Shown one piece after another: positions 1 through 13,134 of a stretch of 64,000 bases of DNA. The stretch is from the NCBI GenBank assembly GCA_951406725.2, contig OX597822.1, positions 76,818,001 through 76,882,000 of the forward strand, written 5' to 3'. This DNA comes from Octopus vulgaris (taxonomy: Eukaryota). The notes beneath the pieces were generated by a model that made no database searches, had not been told where the DNA came from, and saw only the letters and a program-made list of their open reading frames with translations. Position 1 is the stretch's first letter, and every line of letters starts with the position of its first letter. Both the position numbers and the translations under genes were made by a program.

Positions 1-861
1 CTACTTACCACATAGCTACTCCTGCATTATATATGTATCATCAGCATCATCATCATCATTTAATGTCAATTTTTCATGCTGGCATGGATTTGATGGTTTG
101 AGAGGAATTGGCTAGCTGGTGAGATGCCCAGAGTCCATGTCTGTTTTGGCATGGTTTCTACAGGTGGGTGTCCTTCCTAATGCCAACACCTTTACAGAGT
201 ATACTGGGTGCTTTCACACAGCATTGGTGCAGGAGCTTTGACATGGCAGTAGTACGGGTTTTTTCACATGTCACCAGTACCCACAAGCCAACAAGGTTAG
301 GAATACTCAGCAAAAGAGGGACGTTGGTGACATGTCTGTATGCAAGGACAAACATGCTTTTGATTAACCTGACATGTCTTCTCAAGCACATATATGTGGG
401 TGTGTGCCAGTGCCACATAAAAACAACCTGTGCCAGTGCCACATAAAAACTACCTATGCTGGTGCCACATAACAAAATGCCTAACAAGGGTTGGACAGTT
501 TGACCAGAGCTGGCCAGTCAGAAGATTGTGCAAAGCTCTAATATCTACTTTGGCACGATTTCTTTGACTAGATATCCTTCTTAATGCCAACCGGTTTACC
601 AAATCTTCCAGGTGATTTTATGTGGCACCAACAGTAGTGGAGCCACCAAATAACTTACAAGACATGATCTTTGAACTGAGACGGGGACAGTAGTGTTGAA
701 TGAGGTGGCTTTGTGCCAGGTGATGAGAGGCTAGACTACGAGTAGAGGGACAAAAATAAGTTGTCTTGAAATAAAGGTGACACGTTATTATCTGAGGAGC
801 AGAGAGAGACAGGAGACAGAGGGGAGAGAAGATGGGGAAGATGTGATGGGACAGGGGTCAC

Positions 862-911
862 TCAAGTTACAGGGAGATGCATATAAGTAAAATATATAAA
901 CATATACATAT

Positions 912-983
<72 letters not shown>

Positions 984-1221
984 ATACATGTGTGTGTGTA
1001 TATATATATATATATACATACATATATGTATAGATATATGTATATATGTATGTGCGTGTATGTATATGTGTGTATATATATGTATATATGTGTGTGTGTA
1101 TATATATATATATCCATGTATATATATATTTATATATATACGGGTGCATGGGTGCCAGTCAGGTATTGGCCACGCACGACTGATGCTTTTTTATGTGCAT
1201 GTGTGTATGCGTGTGTGTGTG

Positions 1222-1267
<46 letters not shown>

Positions 1268-1691
1268 CAGACAGAGAGAGAGAATGTTCATATGGTCCGC
1301 TATACAAATTTCACTGATTTTTTCACATCAATTTGGAGAATCAATAAACAATTTTCAATCATCTCCTTTTTGTGGAATTCTATTCTATTCGATTCGGCCT
1401 TTAATATCTTCACAATAAATATATGTGTGTTTCTGTTTCCTTTGCTAAAGAATTCCATTAACTCTTTTCTCTCCATAATGGCACAAAGCAAATATTATTT
1501 CTTTTACAAAAAGATATTTTCCCCTTCAACTTTGATCCCAAAGACATATATTATCAAAAGAAAACAACAGCAAAAACAATATATATATACATGTGTGTGA
1601 GTGTATATATGTATATATACATTTACATATATCTATCTATATGTGTATATGTATATATAGATAATATATATATATATATATACATATATGA

Positions 1692-1743
<52 letters not shown>

Positions 1744-1768
1744 GATATATATATGTATATGAGTGTGT

Positions 1769-1811
<43 letters not shown>

Positions 1812-2313
1812 GATATATATATGTATATGAGTGTGTTTGAATATATATATATATATATATATATTTGTATTTATATATACATATATATATGTATATATAT
1901 GTGTGTTAGTATGTATAAATATATATATGCGTGTGTGTGTATTCACAGACATATTTGAAAGTAAAATATTTAAGAAAAGAAATATTATGACAATTCAAAG
2001 TTTAGAAGTGATAAAAATTTTAACTGTTATAAACGTGTGTGTGTATATATATATTACCAAGAGCTTTCTTTTTATTATTCTACTATACATATATATATGT
2101 GTGTGCATATATATGTATATATGCATGTAAATAGATTTGTATGTGTGTGTATATACATATGTACATACACACGTATATGCACACACACACACACACATAT
2201 ATGTATATAGATATATTTATATATATATACACACACATATAGATATAGATATATTTATACACACACACACATATATAGATATAGATATATTCATACACAC
2301 ACACACACACACA
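862..2313. repeat. Compound (TA)n/(TG)n/(CA)n microsatellite field
   Basis: Directly visible dinucleotide runs; source of the YI/CV/HT pseudo-ORFs. Confidence 0.95.
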
Positions 2314-2540
2314 TTTTGAATCTACATATATTACCATAACTTTAAATGTGGCTATAATAGGAGAAAATAAATTGGAATTTTGAAATCAGCACGCTAGGAA
2401 TGACCCAAAAAACATTTATTTCAAATAAAAATGAATGTTTAATGCAGACCAGTATTATGAAATCAGTTTTTGGAGACATCTTTATTTGTGACAATAGAGG
2501 TGGATATTTCTTCACAGATCTTTCTATTTCAAAGTTAGAA

Positions 2541-2965
2541 TTATCATCAGCACCACCACCATCATCACCATCATTTTCATCATAATTATCACCACCATCA
2601 TCATCATCTTCATAATCATCACCATCATCATCACCATCATCATCATCATTATCATCATCATCACCATCATCATCATCACCGTCGTCATCATCACCATCGT
2701 CATCATCATCATAATCATCACCATCATCATCATCACCATCATCATCACCACCATCACATCATCATCACCACCACCATCACATCATCATCATCATCACCAT
2801 CACATCACCACCATCACATCATCACCATCATCATCATTATCAACATCATCACCACCACCATCATCATCATCATCACCACCATCATCCTCATTATCATCAT
2901 CACCATCATAATCATAATCATCATCATCATCATCATCATCATGATAATCCTCATCAGTATCATCA
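2541..2965. repeat. Degenerate (CAT/CAC)n trinucleotide repeat
   Basis: Directly visible. Confidence 0.95.
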
Positions 2966-3425
2966 GTTTGACAGGGTTGTGAAGGGTCCAAGAACTACAT
3001 CATACTCCAATGTCTGGTTTAGCTGGATACCTGTCTTAAAAAAAATAAGAAAAAAACTGGTGTTCTTTTGGTTACAATGATGAGCGTCCCAGTTGATCTG
3101 AACCGATGGAACAGCCTGTCATAAAAATCAACGTTCAAGTGGCTGAGCGCTCCACAGATACTTGTTCCCTTATTATAGTTCTCAAGAAGATTCGGCGTGA
3201 CACAGAACATCACAAGGCTGGCCCTTTGAAATAACAGTCCTATTCATCTTTGCCAGCTGAGTGGACTGGGGCCGCGCAAAAAAAAGTGTCCTATTCAAGG
3301 ACCCAACATGCCACTGGGAACTGAACTCATGACCATACAATCGTCAACTAAATACGCTAACCACTAAGCCATGTACTTTCACTGATTACATTACATACAT
3401 TCCATGAGGTTTTTGAATTTGACAT

Positions 3426-3799
3426 AGGAGTGGCTGTGTGGTAAGTAGCTTGCTTACCAACCACATGGTTTCAGGTTCAGTCCCACTGCGTGGCACCTTG
3501 GGCAAGTGTCTTCTACTATAGCCTTGGGCCAACCAAACCTTGTCAGTGGATTTGGTAGACGGAAACTGAAAGAAGACTGTCTGTATGTATATATATGTGT
3601 GTGTGTGTGTGTGTTTGTGTGTCTGTGTTTGTCCCCCCAACATCGCTTGACAACAGATGCTGGTGTGTTTACATCCCCGTAACTTAGCTGTTCGGCAAAA
3701 GAGACCGATAGAATAAGTCCTGGGGTCGATTTGCTCGACTAAAGGCAGTGCTCCAGCATGGCTACAATCAAATGACTGAAACAAGTAAAAGAGTAAAAG
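3426..3799 (+). mobile_element. tRNA-derived SINE family A (octopus-type), full length
   Basis: Head AGGAGTGGCTGTGTGGTAAG with B-box-like GGTTCAGTCCC, core GGCACCTTGGGCAAG, internal TA/TG microsatellite, tail ...GACTGAAACAAGTAAAAGAGTAAAAG. About 20 related copies are visible in the window. Confidence 0.85.
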
Positions 3800-4283
3800 T
3801 GTCTCTAAACTGGTTTAATTCCTTAGCTTTTCATCTGATTTCTATGCAATATTCTTATCATTTGATATTACTATGTGAATTATTAAAATGCTTTTGTCAT
3901 TTTCGTCATGAAAATGACACCAGACTTATTGTCTGCAAGCAGGTGGTATATCTGCATGCTAAAATGTTCCATTGGATCTTTGAATTGTCGTTTTACATCT
4001 GAATGTCCATAGGAGCCAAGAGGTATCATTGAAAGAATTCTGGAAAAAATTGAAATTGATTGGCCAGGTGTATATAGGGCTGGCAGAATCATTAGCACAC
4101 AGGAAAAAAAAATGCTTTGTAGCATTTGTTCTTGTTTTATGTTCTGAGTTCAAATGCTGCTCAGATCAACTTTGCTTTAAATCCTTTCAAGGTCAATAAA
4201 ATAGGTACCAGTTGCGTACTGGGGGTTAATGTCATCCCCTCACCCCTTCCCTGAATTTACTAGCCTTGTGCCAAAATCTGAAA

Positions 4284-4348
<65 letters not shown>

Positions 4349-4648
4349 TCTGTTTATCACAAGTTTTGTTGGAGCTCCTGGAGCCTTAGGGTACCATGCT
4401 TTCTGTTCTTTTCAGCTATCTAATACTTACCTGATTATTCTGGCCATGCCAAGGAGGCAAACCTTTTGTAGCATTTCTACTGGGCACTCTATTCCAATTT
4501 CCTTTATATTCCCCTTGATACCTTCGGGTACTGTTCCCAAGGGCCCAGCAATAATTGATACTATCTTCACCTTCTTCATTTTCCATAGCCAGGTGGCTGA
4601 AACCATTGCCCATATCACGAATGAATGCCCTAGACTTGCCCCAAACCA
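4349..4648 (-). mobile_element. R4/Dong-like non-LTR retrotransposon 3' fragment in (TAA)n, with inverted 5' segment
   Basis: Minus strand encodes LWKMKKVKIVSIIAGPLG...LQKVCLLGMARIIR (C-terminus after the restriction-like endonuclease). 4590-4648 on the plus strand encodes ETIAHITNECPRLA (CCHC knuckle half). Flanked by TAT/TAA arrays. Confidence 0.75.
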
Positions 4649-5228
4649 TTATTATTATTATTATTATTATTATTGAGTGAGAGAGCAGTGCATGCCATCA
4701 AAGTGACACTGGGGTAAAATATACGAAGCCCAGTATACCCATCATGACTACCCATCTGATAAGGGTACACCAGGCACATGCATCACGAGCATATGTCTGC
4801 GACATGGTGATCTCATATCAAGATAAACAGCATATGACCTTGCAGGTTAGGCCCAGTTAGAATTTTCTTCTGGTCGAGTAGCTCATCCCAATCAAAAGGT
4901 CCCTGAATAAGGGTTGTTTAAGGATGTTGAAAGAACCACCCATCTTTCCAGAGGTGAATTATTCAAATCCCAAAGAATCCCTCTCAACACATGGCTATGA
5001 TGCTCTCCCACTACTTCTGCTCATGGTCAGAGATGCACATATCGTCAGCCACTAAGGGACATACGCAACTGGATATGGTCAAACAACTGACAAGCAAATC
5101 TGTAGTATTGAGCAGAATATTTGCTGTAGCCCATCTTTTATACCAAGACAAAACAATATACATGATAACACTTCCAATCAGTTAAGACAAGAAGCCATGA
5201 GAACCACTGCCTAGTACTGCATCAGGGC

Positions 5229-5270
<42 letters not shown>

Positions 5271-5450
5271 GGCAACAAGCTGACAGAACCATTAGCATGC
5301 TGGGTGAAATGCTTAGCGGTATTTCATCCGTCTTCACGTTCTGAGTTCAAATTCTGCCAAGGTCGACTTTGCCTTTCATCTTTTCAGGGTCGATGTAATA
5401 AACTAACCCCCTTCCCCCAAATTTCAGGCCTTGTGCCTCCAGTAGAAAGG

Positions 5451-5503
<53 letters not shown>

Positions 5504-5511
5504 CATCATCA

Positions 5512-5563
<52 letters not shown>

Positions 5564-6553
5564 CATTATTATTATTATTATTGTTATTATTCCATGTCTT
5601 ATTTTCCTTGCCTGCTTTCACTTCCCTACAAAGGCCTGTCCTGTGCATCTTGATTAATCGCAGTCTTCCATATATTGTATTTTAATAAAAGTTCACTTTA
5701 TGATCTTGCCATATTTGTAATTATTTATGTGCAGCAACTGCAATATTTGTGCATTACTTGTAATATTTATGCAGCAAATAGTTGTTCTATTTTCGGTATG
5801 CTGCATCTATGTATAAATTCTCAGACTTTATGTATTTATCTGTATTTGTTTAATGATTCCTTAGGCACCGACTATTAGAAGGATTGTTTCTTTATTCAGT
5901 GTTCCATACATTTTTTTTTCCTGATATTTATCTTTGGATAATGTTTCCATTTTAGCAGAGTCATATTGCCTATAAACACACTCACCAGTTGGAGTTCAGT
6001 TTGGTTTTTAATTATATTCTCAAACTTTACATTACAAATTTCTTTGATGTTCTCAATAATTTTTTAAAATTCTTCAAGAATTGGAGAATTTAATATCATT
6101 AAGAAGATCATAGAAATATGCTATGAAAGATTCCTGAGAATATAGCCTAAACCTGTAGAGAACTCCAGTCAATGAGTGCAGTTTGACTGTCACAAAATGT
6201 CAGCTTCAAATTCAGTCACGTGACCAGCAGTTTCCGAGGAGGTGGGTTTGAACCGATTGCATTGACCCCAGTACCAAACTGGTACTTATTATATCGACCT
6301 CGAAAGGATGAAAGGCAAAGTGGACCTTGGTGGAACTTAAACTCAAATCGTAAAGACGGATGAAATGTCGCTAAACATTTCACCCAGCATTTCTGCCAGC
6401 TTGTTGCCTTACTGTCACTAAATATTCATTTCAAATTTTGGCACAAGGCCAGCAATTTCAGGGGAGGTGGGATTAGGTTATTAGATTGATCCCAATACTC
6501 GATTGATACTATTTTTTTTACTTTATTTACATTTGACAGATATTGTCCTTACT

Positions 6554-6597
6554 AACAACATTTCGGCTGATATATCTTCCAGTCTTCATCAGGTGTC
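6554..6597 (-). ncRNA. Hammerhead ribozyme motif, fragment of the tRNA-headed family
   Basis: Minus strand reads GACAC-CTGATGA-A-GACTG...CAGCC-GAAA-TGTT; same family as 14326-14730 and 46595-47163, here joined to a truncated SINE A. Confidence 0.6.
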
Positions 6598-6716
6598 TTG
6601 GGGAAATTTCAGGTTCAGTCCCACTGTGCAGCACCTTGGGCAAGAGTCTTCTGCTATAGCTTTAGGCCAACCAATGACTTGTGAGCAAATTTGGTTGATG
6701 GAAACTATACAGAAGC

Positions 6717-6764
<48 letters not shown>

Positions 6765-7181
6765 TACACACACACACTCACACACACATACATGTGCATA
6801 TGTATTTTTGTGTCATTGTGTTTGCGTCCCACCACTTGATATCCAGTGTTGGTTTGTTTCCATCCCTGTAACTTAGTGGTTCAGCAAAAGTGACTGATAG
6901 AATAAGTGCCACACTTTAAAAAGTGCAAATAAGAGCTGGGATCAATTATCTCTACTAAAACTCTTTCAAGGTGATGCCCCAGAATGGTCACCGCCCAATG
7001 ACTTCATCAGGTTAAGAAAGACAACACTTTTGTGCTTTTAGTCGTACATTCGTGGTATCTCATAAAAGAAATTATACCAATGCACATATATGCACACAAC
7101 ATGCATTGCCTTTAATTTGGTGAAATTACGCATTGATAATTGGATGATGTGAAATTAAACCTGTCTTTCTTTTTCTTCTAG

Positions 7182-7326
7182 CTTTGACTGTGGAAAAGGT
7201 ATGGTTGCAATACGCAGTGTTGGACGTGTTCAGCTTGACCACTGGAACAGTATATTTGTCCAAAGAGAACTCCGACATGGTTTTGTACAACTCAACTCTG
7301 AAAATGCAGTTGAAGGAAAAATTGAG
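7182..7326 (+). CDS. EGFLAM: Internal exon of a pikachurin/EGFLAM-like laminin-G protein (first LamG domain, middle part)
   Basis: Polypyrimidine tract + AG at 7180-7181 and GTAAGT donor at 7327. 145 nt, phase 2 in, phase 0 out. Translates xFDCGKGMVAIRSVGRVQLDHWNSIFVQRELRHGFVQLNSENAVEGKIE, matching the LamG pattern F(D/N)CGxG...W...R...G.LQL...V.G that I recall from pikachurin. Missed by the ORF track. Orthology is inferred; agrin/perlecan LamG are alternatives. Confidence 0.85.
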
Positions 7327-7450
7327 GTAAGTTAAAAATAGAATGTATAAATGTTATTGTTTCATAGCTGAGGTTGCTGACTGCTTTCTCATTACAGATG
7401 CTTGCCAAAGTGATGGGTGATAAACAATGAATTCTTTTAAAAATTACATA

Positions 7451-7482
<32 letters not shown>

Positions 7483-7647
7483 GTTTTTAAAACAATTCAT
7501 TGCTTATCTATCACCACTCTGACAGATAGGTATATCTGTTGATTATGTAAAGATGTCTGATGAAATGGCCTGATTATGTGGCTTTATAATGTAATATATT
7601 GATAAGCAAATAAATAACCATTCTATTGAAACATATGTAACAATTAT

Positions 7648-7687
<40 letters not shown>

Positions 7688-7691
<4 letters not shown>

Positions 7692-8745
7692 GTTGTTTCA
7701 CATGAAATGTCACATTTTTAATTACTTGTTATTTCAGTCATTTAAAAACTCAATTATGTATACCTTCCATTTAATCTTGACTCTTTTTCTTTCCCAATAA
7801 TATTGGTATACAAAATTCCTACCCACATACCTTATGAAAATGATAACAACCAAACTATGTTCAGCAATTTTCTCGTATAAGAATACACTGAGTCACTCTG
7901 CTGTAGAAGCTCTACGGAATATCAAGCGGGTCTTTGGTAATGGCTTTGTTGACTTCAGAACAGTTCAGAGTTGGTTCCAAAGGGGTAGGCCAAAATCAGT
8001 TATTTAGCATGATGGATTAAATGCTTGGTTGAACAAAATCCAAGAACAAAGGTTCGAAAACTTTCATCAGAACTTCAAACATCTTGCACAACTGTTTTTG
8101 GACACCTGTAAAAAATTGGAAAAGTCAAGGAAACAGATAGGTTTTTCCACATCAATTGAATGACATTAAAAACAACAGATGCCTTGAAGTGTGCTCCTTA
8201 TTGCTTTCTCAACTGGAAAAATACCATTTTTGCATCAAATCATTACTTGTGATGAGAAATAAATATGCTTTGACAATAGCAGGAGAGTCACCTAAACACC
8301 ACCCAATCCCACCATTGCACCCTAAAAAGTTAGTGGTCACTGCATGGTGGTCTGCAAAGGGAGTTATTCATTATTCATTTTTGCAACAAAGAAAAATAGT
8401 AACAACAACATTGTATTGCCAAGAAATTGATAGTATGCATGAGGATTAGAAGAAGAAGCAGCCCAGACTAGTAAATAGAGATGGCCCAATTTCACACTCA
8501 TCAAGCTATGGTCCAAAAGTTGCAAAACCTGAATTATGAGATTTTTCAACATCTTCCCTATTCCCTTCATATCTGTCTCCTACTGATCATCACTTATTTA
8601 AGCATTTTGAGCTTTTCATAAACAATAAAACATTCTTAAATAAAGAAGAGGTAACTGAAGCATTTGGACAGTTTATCACAGCAAAATATGATTTTTTTTA
8701 AAGATGGAATATATGACATAGAGAAACGTTGGATGAACAATTAAC
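7688..8745 (+). mobile_element. Degenerate mariner (DD34D-type) transposon
   Basis: Starts TTAGGTTG after (TA)n. Frameshifted transposase remnants include PHQL (WVPHEL-like), HPKKLVVTAWWSAKGVIHY...YCQEI and a YSPDLSP-like segment near 8560-8600. Confidence 0.85.
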
Positions 8746-8772
8746 AGATGCTCAGGGAAGGAAAGAAAGGTG

Positions 8773-8807
8773 GTTTTATGTTTCGATCAAAGCTCTTCTT
8801 CAGAAAC
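8773..8807 (-). ncRNA. Minimal type-I hammerhead ribozyme motif
   Basis: Minus strand: GTTT-CTGAAGA-A-GAGC-TTT-GATC-GAAA-CA-TA-AAAC. Stem I GTTT/AAAC, stem II with one mismatch, intact CUGANGA and GAAA. Confidence 0.65.
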
Positions 8808-8899
8808 AGGAGAGAGAGGAAAGTCTAAGAGAAAAGGAAGACAGAAGTAAAAAATCACCAACAATTCACATGTGGTTACATTTTGAAATATATATTGAT

Positions 8900-9301
8900 A
8901 CTCTTTACTCTTTTCAGTCATTTGACTGTAGCCATGCTGGAGCACCGCCTTTAGTTGAGCAAATCGACCCCAAGATTTATTCTTTGTAAGCCTAGTACTT
9001 ATTCTATCAGTCTCTTTTGCTGAATCACTAAATTACAGGGACGTTAACACACCAGCATTGGTTATCAAGCGATTTGGGTGCGGGGAAGAAAGACACACAA
9101 ACATATACACACATACATACATATATATACACATATACGACGGGCTTCTTTCAGTTTCCGTCTACCAGATCTACTCACAAGGCTTTGGTCGGCCCAAGGC
9201 TATAGTAGAAGACACTTGCCCAAGGTGCCACGCAGTGGGACTGAACCCGGAACCATGTAGTTGGTAAGAAAGCTACTTACCACACAGCCACTCCTGCGCC
9301 T
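8900..9301 (-). mobile_element. SINE family A, full length
   Basis: Reverse-complement homolog of 3426-3799. Confidence 0.85.
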
Positions 9302-9303
9302 AT

Positions 9304-9394
<91 letters not shown>

Positions 9395-9984
9395 GCATTA
9401 AGTAATCATCATATTCCAGTTTCCTTCACTTTTCAATGATTGGCAAATGGGCAACTATATTTTGATACAGATACAACACAGGTTACACTTTCAGATTTTT
9501 GGGTTAAAGTTTTTAAAAATAAGCCAATAGGTTTATTATTAATTCCATGAAGTATTCAGGGGTCCTGCTAGTACACAAATAATGAATATATCTACAAGTA
9601 CGGTTTACCTTCAATAATAGCAGTACTAATATTATGTTACTTAAAAGTATATGACTGCTACTTATTTACATCAGCGACCTCTAGAAGAATGAAAGGGATA
9701 AAGTTGACCAAGGTGAGATTGGAGTTCAGAATGTAAAGGAACATTGTAGTGAAATATGTAACACTCTACTGATTCCATGAAATGCCAAAGTGACAAATGT
9801 GGTAGGGAAAGTGAAAGGGAAAACATACTAAAAAGAGAAATTTAGTTACTGCCTGGCTGAGAGATAGAACTTTTGACAGGATGGCATAGAATAATTGGGA
9901 TCAGGTGGGGTTAAAATAGAAGGTGAAAAACAAATTAAACCTCTGGGACAAAATTGTTATATCTTGTTGGAAGAATTCCATTTC

Positions 9985-10735
9985 AATTTCTTGCTCTTGT
10001 CAATTTTCTTTTCTCTTCATTGACTCAATGACTGTTTTGCCTTTGCATTTTATTTATTTTTTCTTGTAATACCTTTCCTTTTTTCTTTCTTCTTTCTGCT
10101 TTCCTCATTTATTATTCTGTTCTTCCTCTCTTTCTTATAATTCATTTCTTTCACTCATCTGTCTTTCTCATTATCCTTATTTCTATTTTGATTTATTTCA
10201 TTTTTCTTTTTCATATTCCCTCCTTTTGCAACTTTACTTTCTTTTTCTATCTCTTTCATTCTCCTCCCCCTCCCCCTTCCCTCTCTCTTTTGATTGTTTC
10301 CTTCTTTATCATTCTTTCATCATCACTTCTGTCTCTCTAGCATTCTTTCCTTTCCCTTATTTTGCCTTCATTTCCTTTTCTTCCTTTTCTCCTCTTCTTC
10401 CTTTCCCATTTTATCTTCATTCTTTCTTTTCCTTCTTTATATTCTCATTCTACCTCCTTCCTCTCATCTCCTTATTTCCTTATAATTTTTCATTTTCCTT
10501 TTCTCTCCTTCCTTAATGCTTTTATTTTTTGTTTCTTTTATCTTTTTTATCTTGCTTCATTTTTTTTCTTTCTCCATTCTCTTCTTCCCTATTTTCTTTC
10601 TCATTATTTCATTTTCTTTTCTCTCTTTCCTGCCTAACATTCTTCTTATTATATTTCAGCTCTTAAAGCTATTTTCTATCATTTTTTCTTCTCCTTCCTC
10701 TCTCCTTCTTTCCTCTTTTCTTTCATTATTCACCA
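9985..10735. repeat. About 750 bp pyrimidine-rich (CT/T) low-complexity tract
   Basis: Almost no G on the + strand; generates F/S/L pseudo-ORFs. Confidence 0.9.
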
Positions 10736-11118
10736 CTACCCATTTACACAAACACCCCAACACCCGCCCACCAACCCGACCCCACACACACTCACTCAAT
10801 GTCCTACACGAATATGGCATCTTCATTAGTCACCTAATAAGTCATTAATAATCATTGGACATTAATTAGCAACTGATTGATTACCTGCCACTGTGTCTCG
10901 TTAAAGGATCTTCAGTTGGACATTGTGACTGAGTTGATAAAAGTTCTATTAAAGGTCCATTCGTTATTATCCTAACCATTTTGCATCCTGTATTATTGTG
11001 TCTTCAGAGTGGTGCCTTGTTATATGTCTAAGAATGTGCAACTGGATCTTAGATTACACTCCAATCATAACATATTTTCTACAGATTTCATTCTATTATT
11101 AATATTAGTGTCAAGGTT

Positions 11119-11897
11119 AAGGCAGCGAGTTGGCAGAATCGTTAGCACACCAGGCAAAATGCTTATCAGTATTTCGTCTGTCTTTACATTCTGAGTTCAA
11201 ATTCCGCTATGGTCGACTTTGCCTTTCATCCTTTTGGGGGTCGATAAATTAAGTACCAGTTGCATACTAGGGTCAATCTAATCAACTGGCCCCCTCCTCA
11301 AAAATTTTGGGCCTTGTGCCTAGAGAAGAAACAAATCGGGTGAAGGTGGTGAGCTGGCAGAAAGGTTAGCACGCTGGGCAACATGTTTAGCAGTATTTCG
11401 TCTGTCTTTACATTCTGCATTCAAATTCCACCAAGGTCGACTTTGCCTTTCAACCTTTCAGGATCGATAAATTAAGTACCTGTTGCATACTGGGGTCAAT
11501 CTAATCAACAGGCTCCCTCCCCCAAAATTTCAGGCCTTGTGCCTAGAGTAGAAAAGAATATTAGTATCAAGGTTATTTCGTATGCTGTTACATTCTAAGT
11601 TCAAAACCCACCAAGGTCAATTTGCCTTTCATCCTTTCAGGGTTGATTAAATAAGTACCAGTTACACACTGGGGTCAATGTAATTGATTTAATCCCTTTG
11701 TCTGTCCTTGCTTGTCCTCTCTATGTTTAGCCCCTTGTGGGCAATAAAGAAATAAATATTAGTATTAAGGTAATGAACTGAAAGAATTGTTAGCACATGG
11801 ATATTTTGTGACATTTCATCTGTCTTGATGTTCTGAGTTCAAATTCTGCCGAGGTTTACATTGCTTTTCATCTTTTTGAGGTCAATAGAATAGGTAC
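11119..11897 (+). mobile_element. Four head-to-tail copies of SINE family B
   Basis: Repeated AAGGC.GCGAG(C/T)TGGCAGAA head, GAGTTCAAAT B-box and core CTTTGCCTTTCATCCTTTCGGGGTCGATAAA.TAAGTACC, which resembles the Meta/MESC-type SINE core as I recall it. Confidence 0.8.
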
Positions 11898-11937
11898 TGT
11901 GGAGGCACGTGGCTTAGTGGTTAGGGTGTCGGACTCA

Positions 11938-12555
11938 TCATCATCATTGTCATCATCATTTAATGTCTGCTTTTCATGCTGGCATAGGTTGGAAGGTTTG
12001 ACTATGGGCTGGGAAACCAGGAGGCTGCATCAGGTACCAATCTGATCTGGCAAGGTTTCTACAGCTGGATGCCCTTCCTGACACCAACTACTCTGAGAGT
12101 GTAATGGATGCTTTATATGTTTCACTGGTGCAGGGGTCAGTCAGGCGGCACTGACATTGACCACGCCCAAATCCTGCTTTTAACATGCCACTGGCACAGG
12201 AACCAGTCAGGTGGTACTGGCATCGGCCATGCTCAAATGGTGCTTTTAACATGCCACCAGCACAGGAGCCAGTCAGGTGGCACTGGCATCGACCATGTCT
12301 AAATGGCGCTTTTAACGTGCCACCAACACAGGAGCCAGTCAGGTGGCACTGGCATTGACCATGCTTGAATGGTGCTTTAAAAGTGCCACCGGCACTGGCA
12401 TCGGTCACACTTGAATGGTGCTTTTTACGTGCCACTAGCATGGGTGTCAGTCAGGCAGCACTGGCATTAGCCATGACTACAATTTTACTTGGCTCAACAT
12501 GTCTTCTCAAGCACAGTATATTGCCTGACAGCTGAAGGGTGCTTTGAAATGGGCC
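11938..12555 (-). mobile_element. GAT-tailed SINE with internal 66-bp tandem repeat, inserted in a SINE head
   Basis: (CAT)n end at 11938; CAGTCAGG recurs at 12138, 12204, 12270, 12336. Host SINE is split between ...GGACTCAT (11938) and GATTGTAAG (12556). Confidence 0.8.
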
Positions 12556-13005
12556 GATTGTAAGATTGTGGTTTCAATTCCTGGACTGGGCAATGCATTG
12601 TGTTCTTGAGCAAGACACTTCATTTCACATTGCTGTGGAGGTGCATGGCTTAGTGGTTAGGGTGTTGGACTCATGATTGTAAGATTGTGGTTTCAATTCC
12701 TGGTCTGGGCAATGCATTGTGTTCTTGAGCAAAACACTTCATTTCACATTGCTGTGAAGGTGCATGGCTTAGTGGTTAGGGTGTTTGACTCATGATTGTA
12801 AGATTGTGGTTTCAATTCCTGAACTGGGCAATTCATTGTGTTCTTGAGCAAAACACTTCATTCCATGTTGTTCACATCCTCTCAGCTCTGGCAAAAATGA
12901 GTAATCCAGTGACAGACTGATCTCCCATCCAGGTGGGGAATATATGTACGCCATTGACACTGGAAAGCTGGCCCTTATGAGCCTGGCATGGTTCGAGAAT
13001 GAAAC
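12556..13005 (+). mobile_element. SINE family D with triplicated 119-bp tRNA-like head
   Basis: GATTGTAAG at 12556, 12675, 12794; units carry A-box TGGCTTAGTGG and B-box GTTTCAATTCC. Confidence 0.8.
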
Positions 13006-13134
13006 ATTTAATTAGTTTTATTTAAAATAGGTACCTGTCAAGTACTGCTGTCGATATAATTGAGTTAACCCAAGATTGCTGGCTTTGTGCCAAAATTTTA
13101 AAAACCATTATTAGCATTATTACCAAGCAGGGTG

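Noticed and set aside
12120-12870. CRISPR-like periodic repeats
   Set aside because: Units are contiguous tandem copies without unique spacers, in a eukaryotic context with no cas genes.
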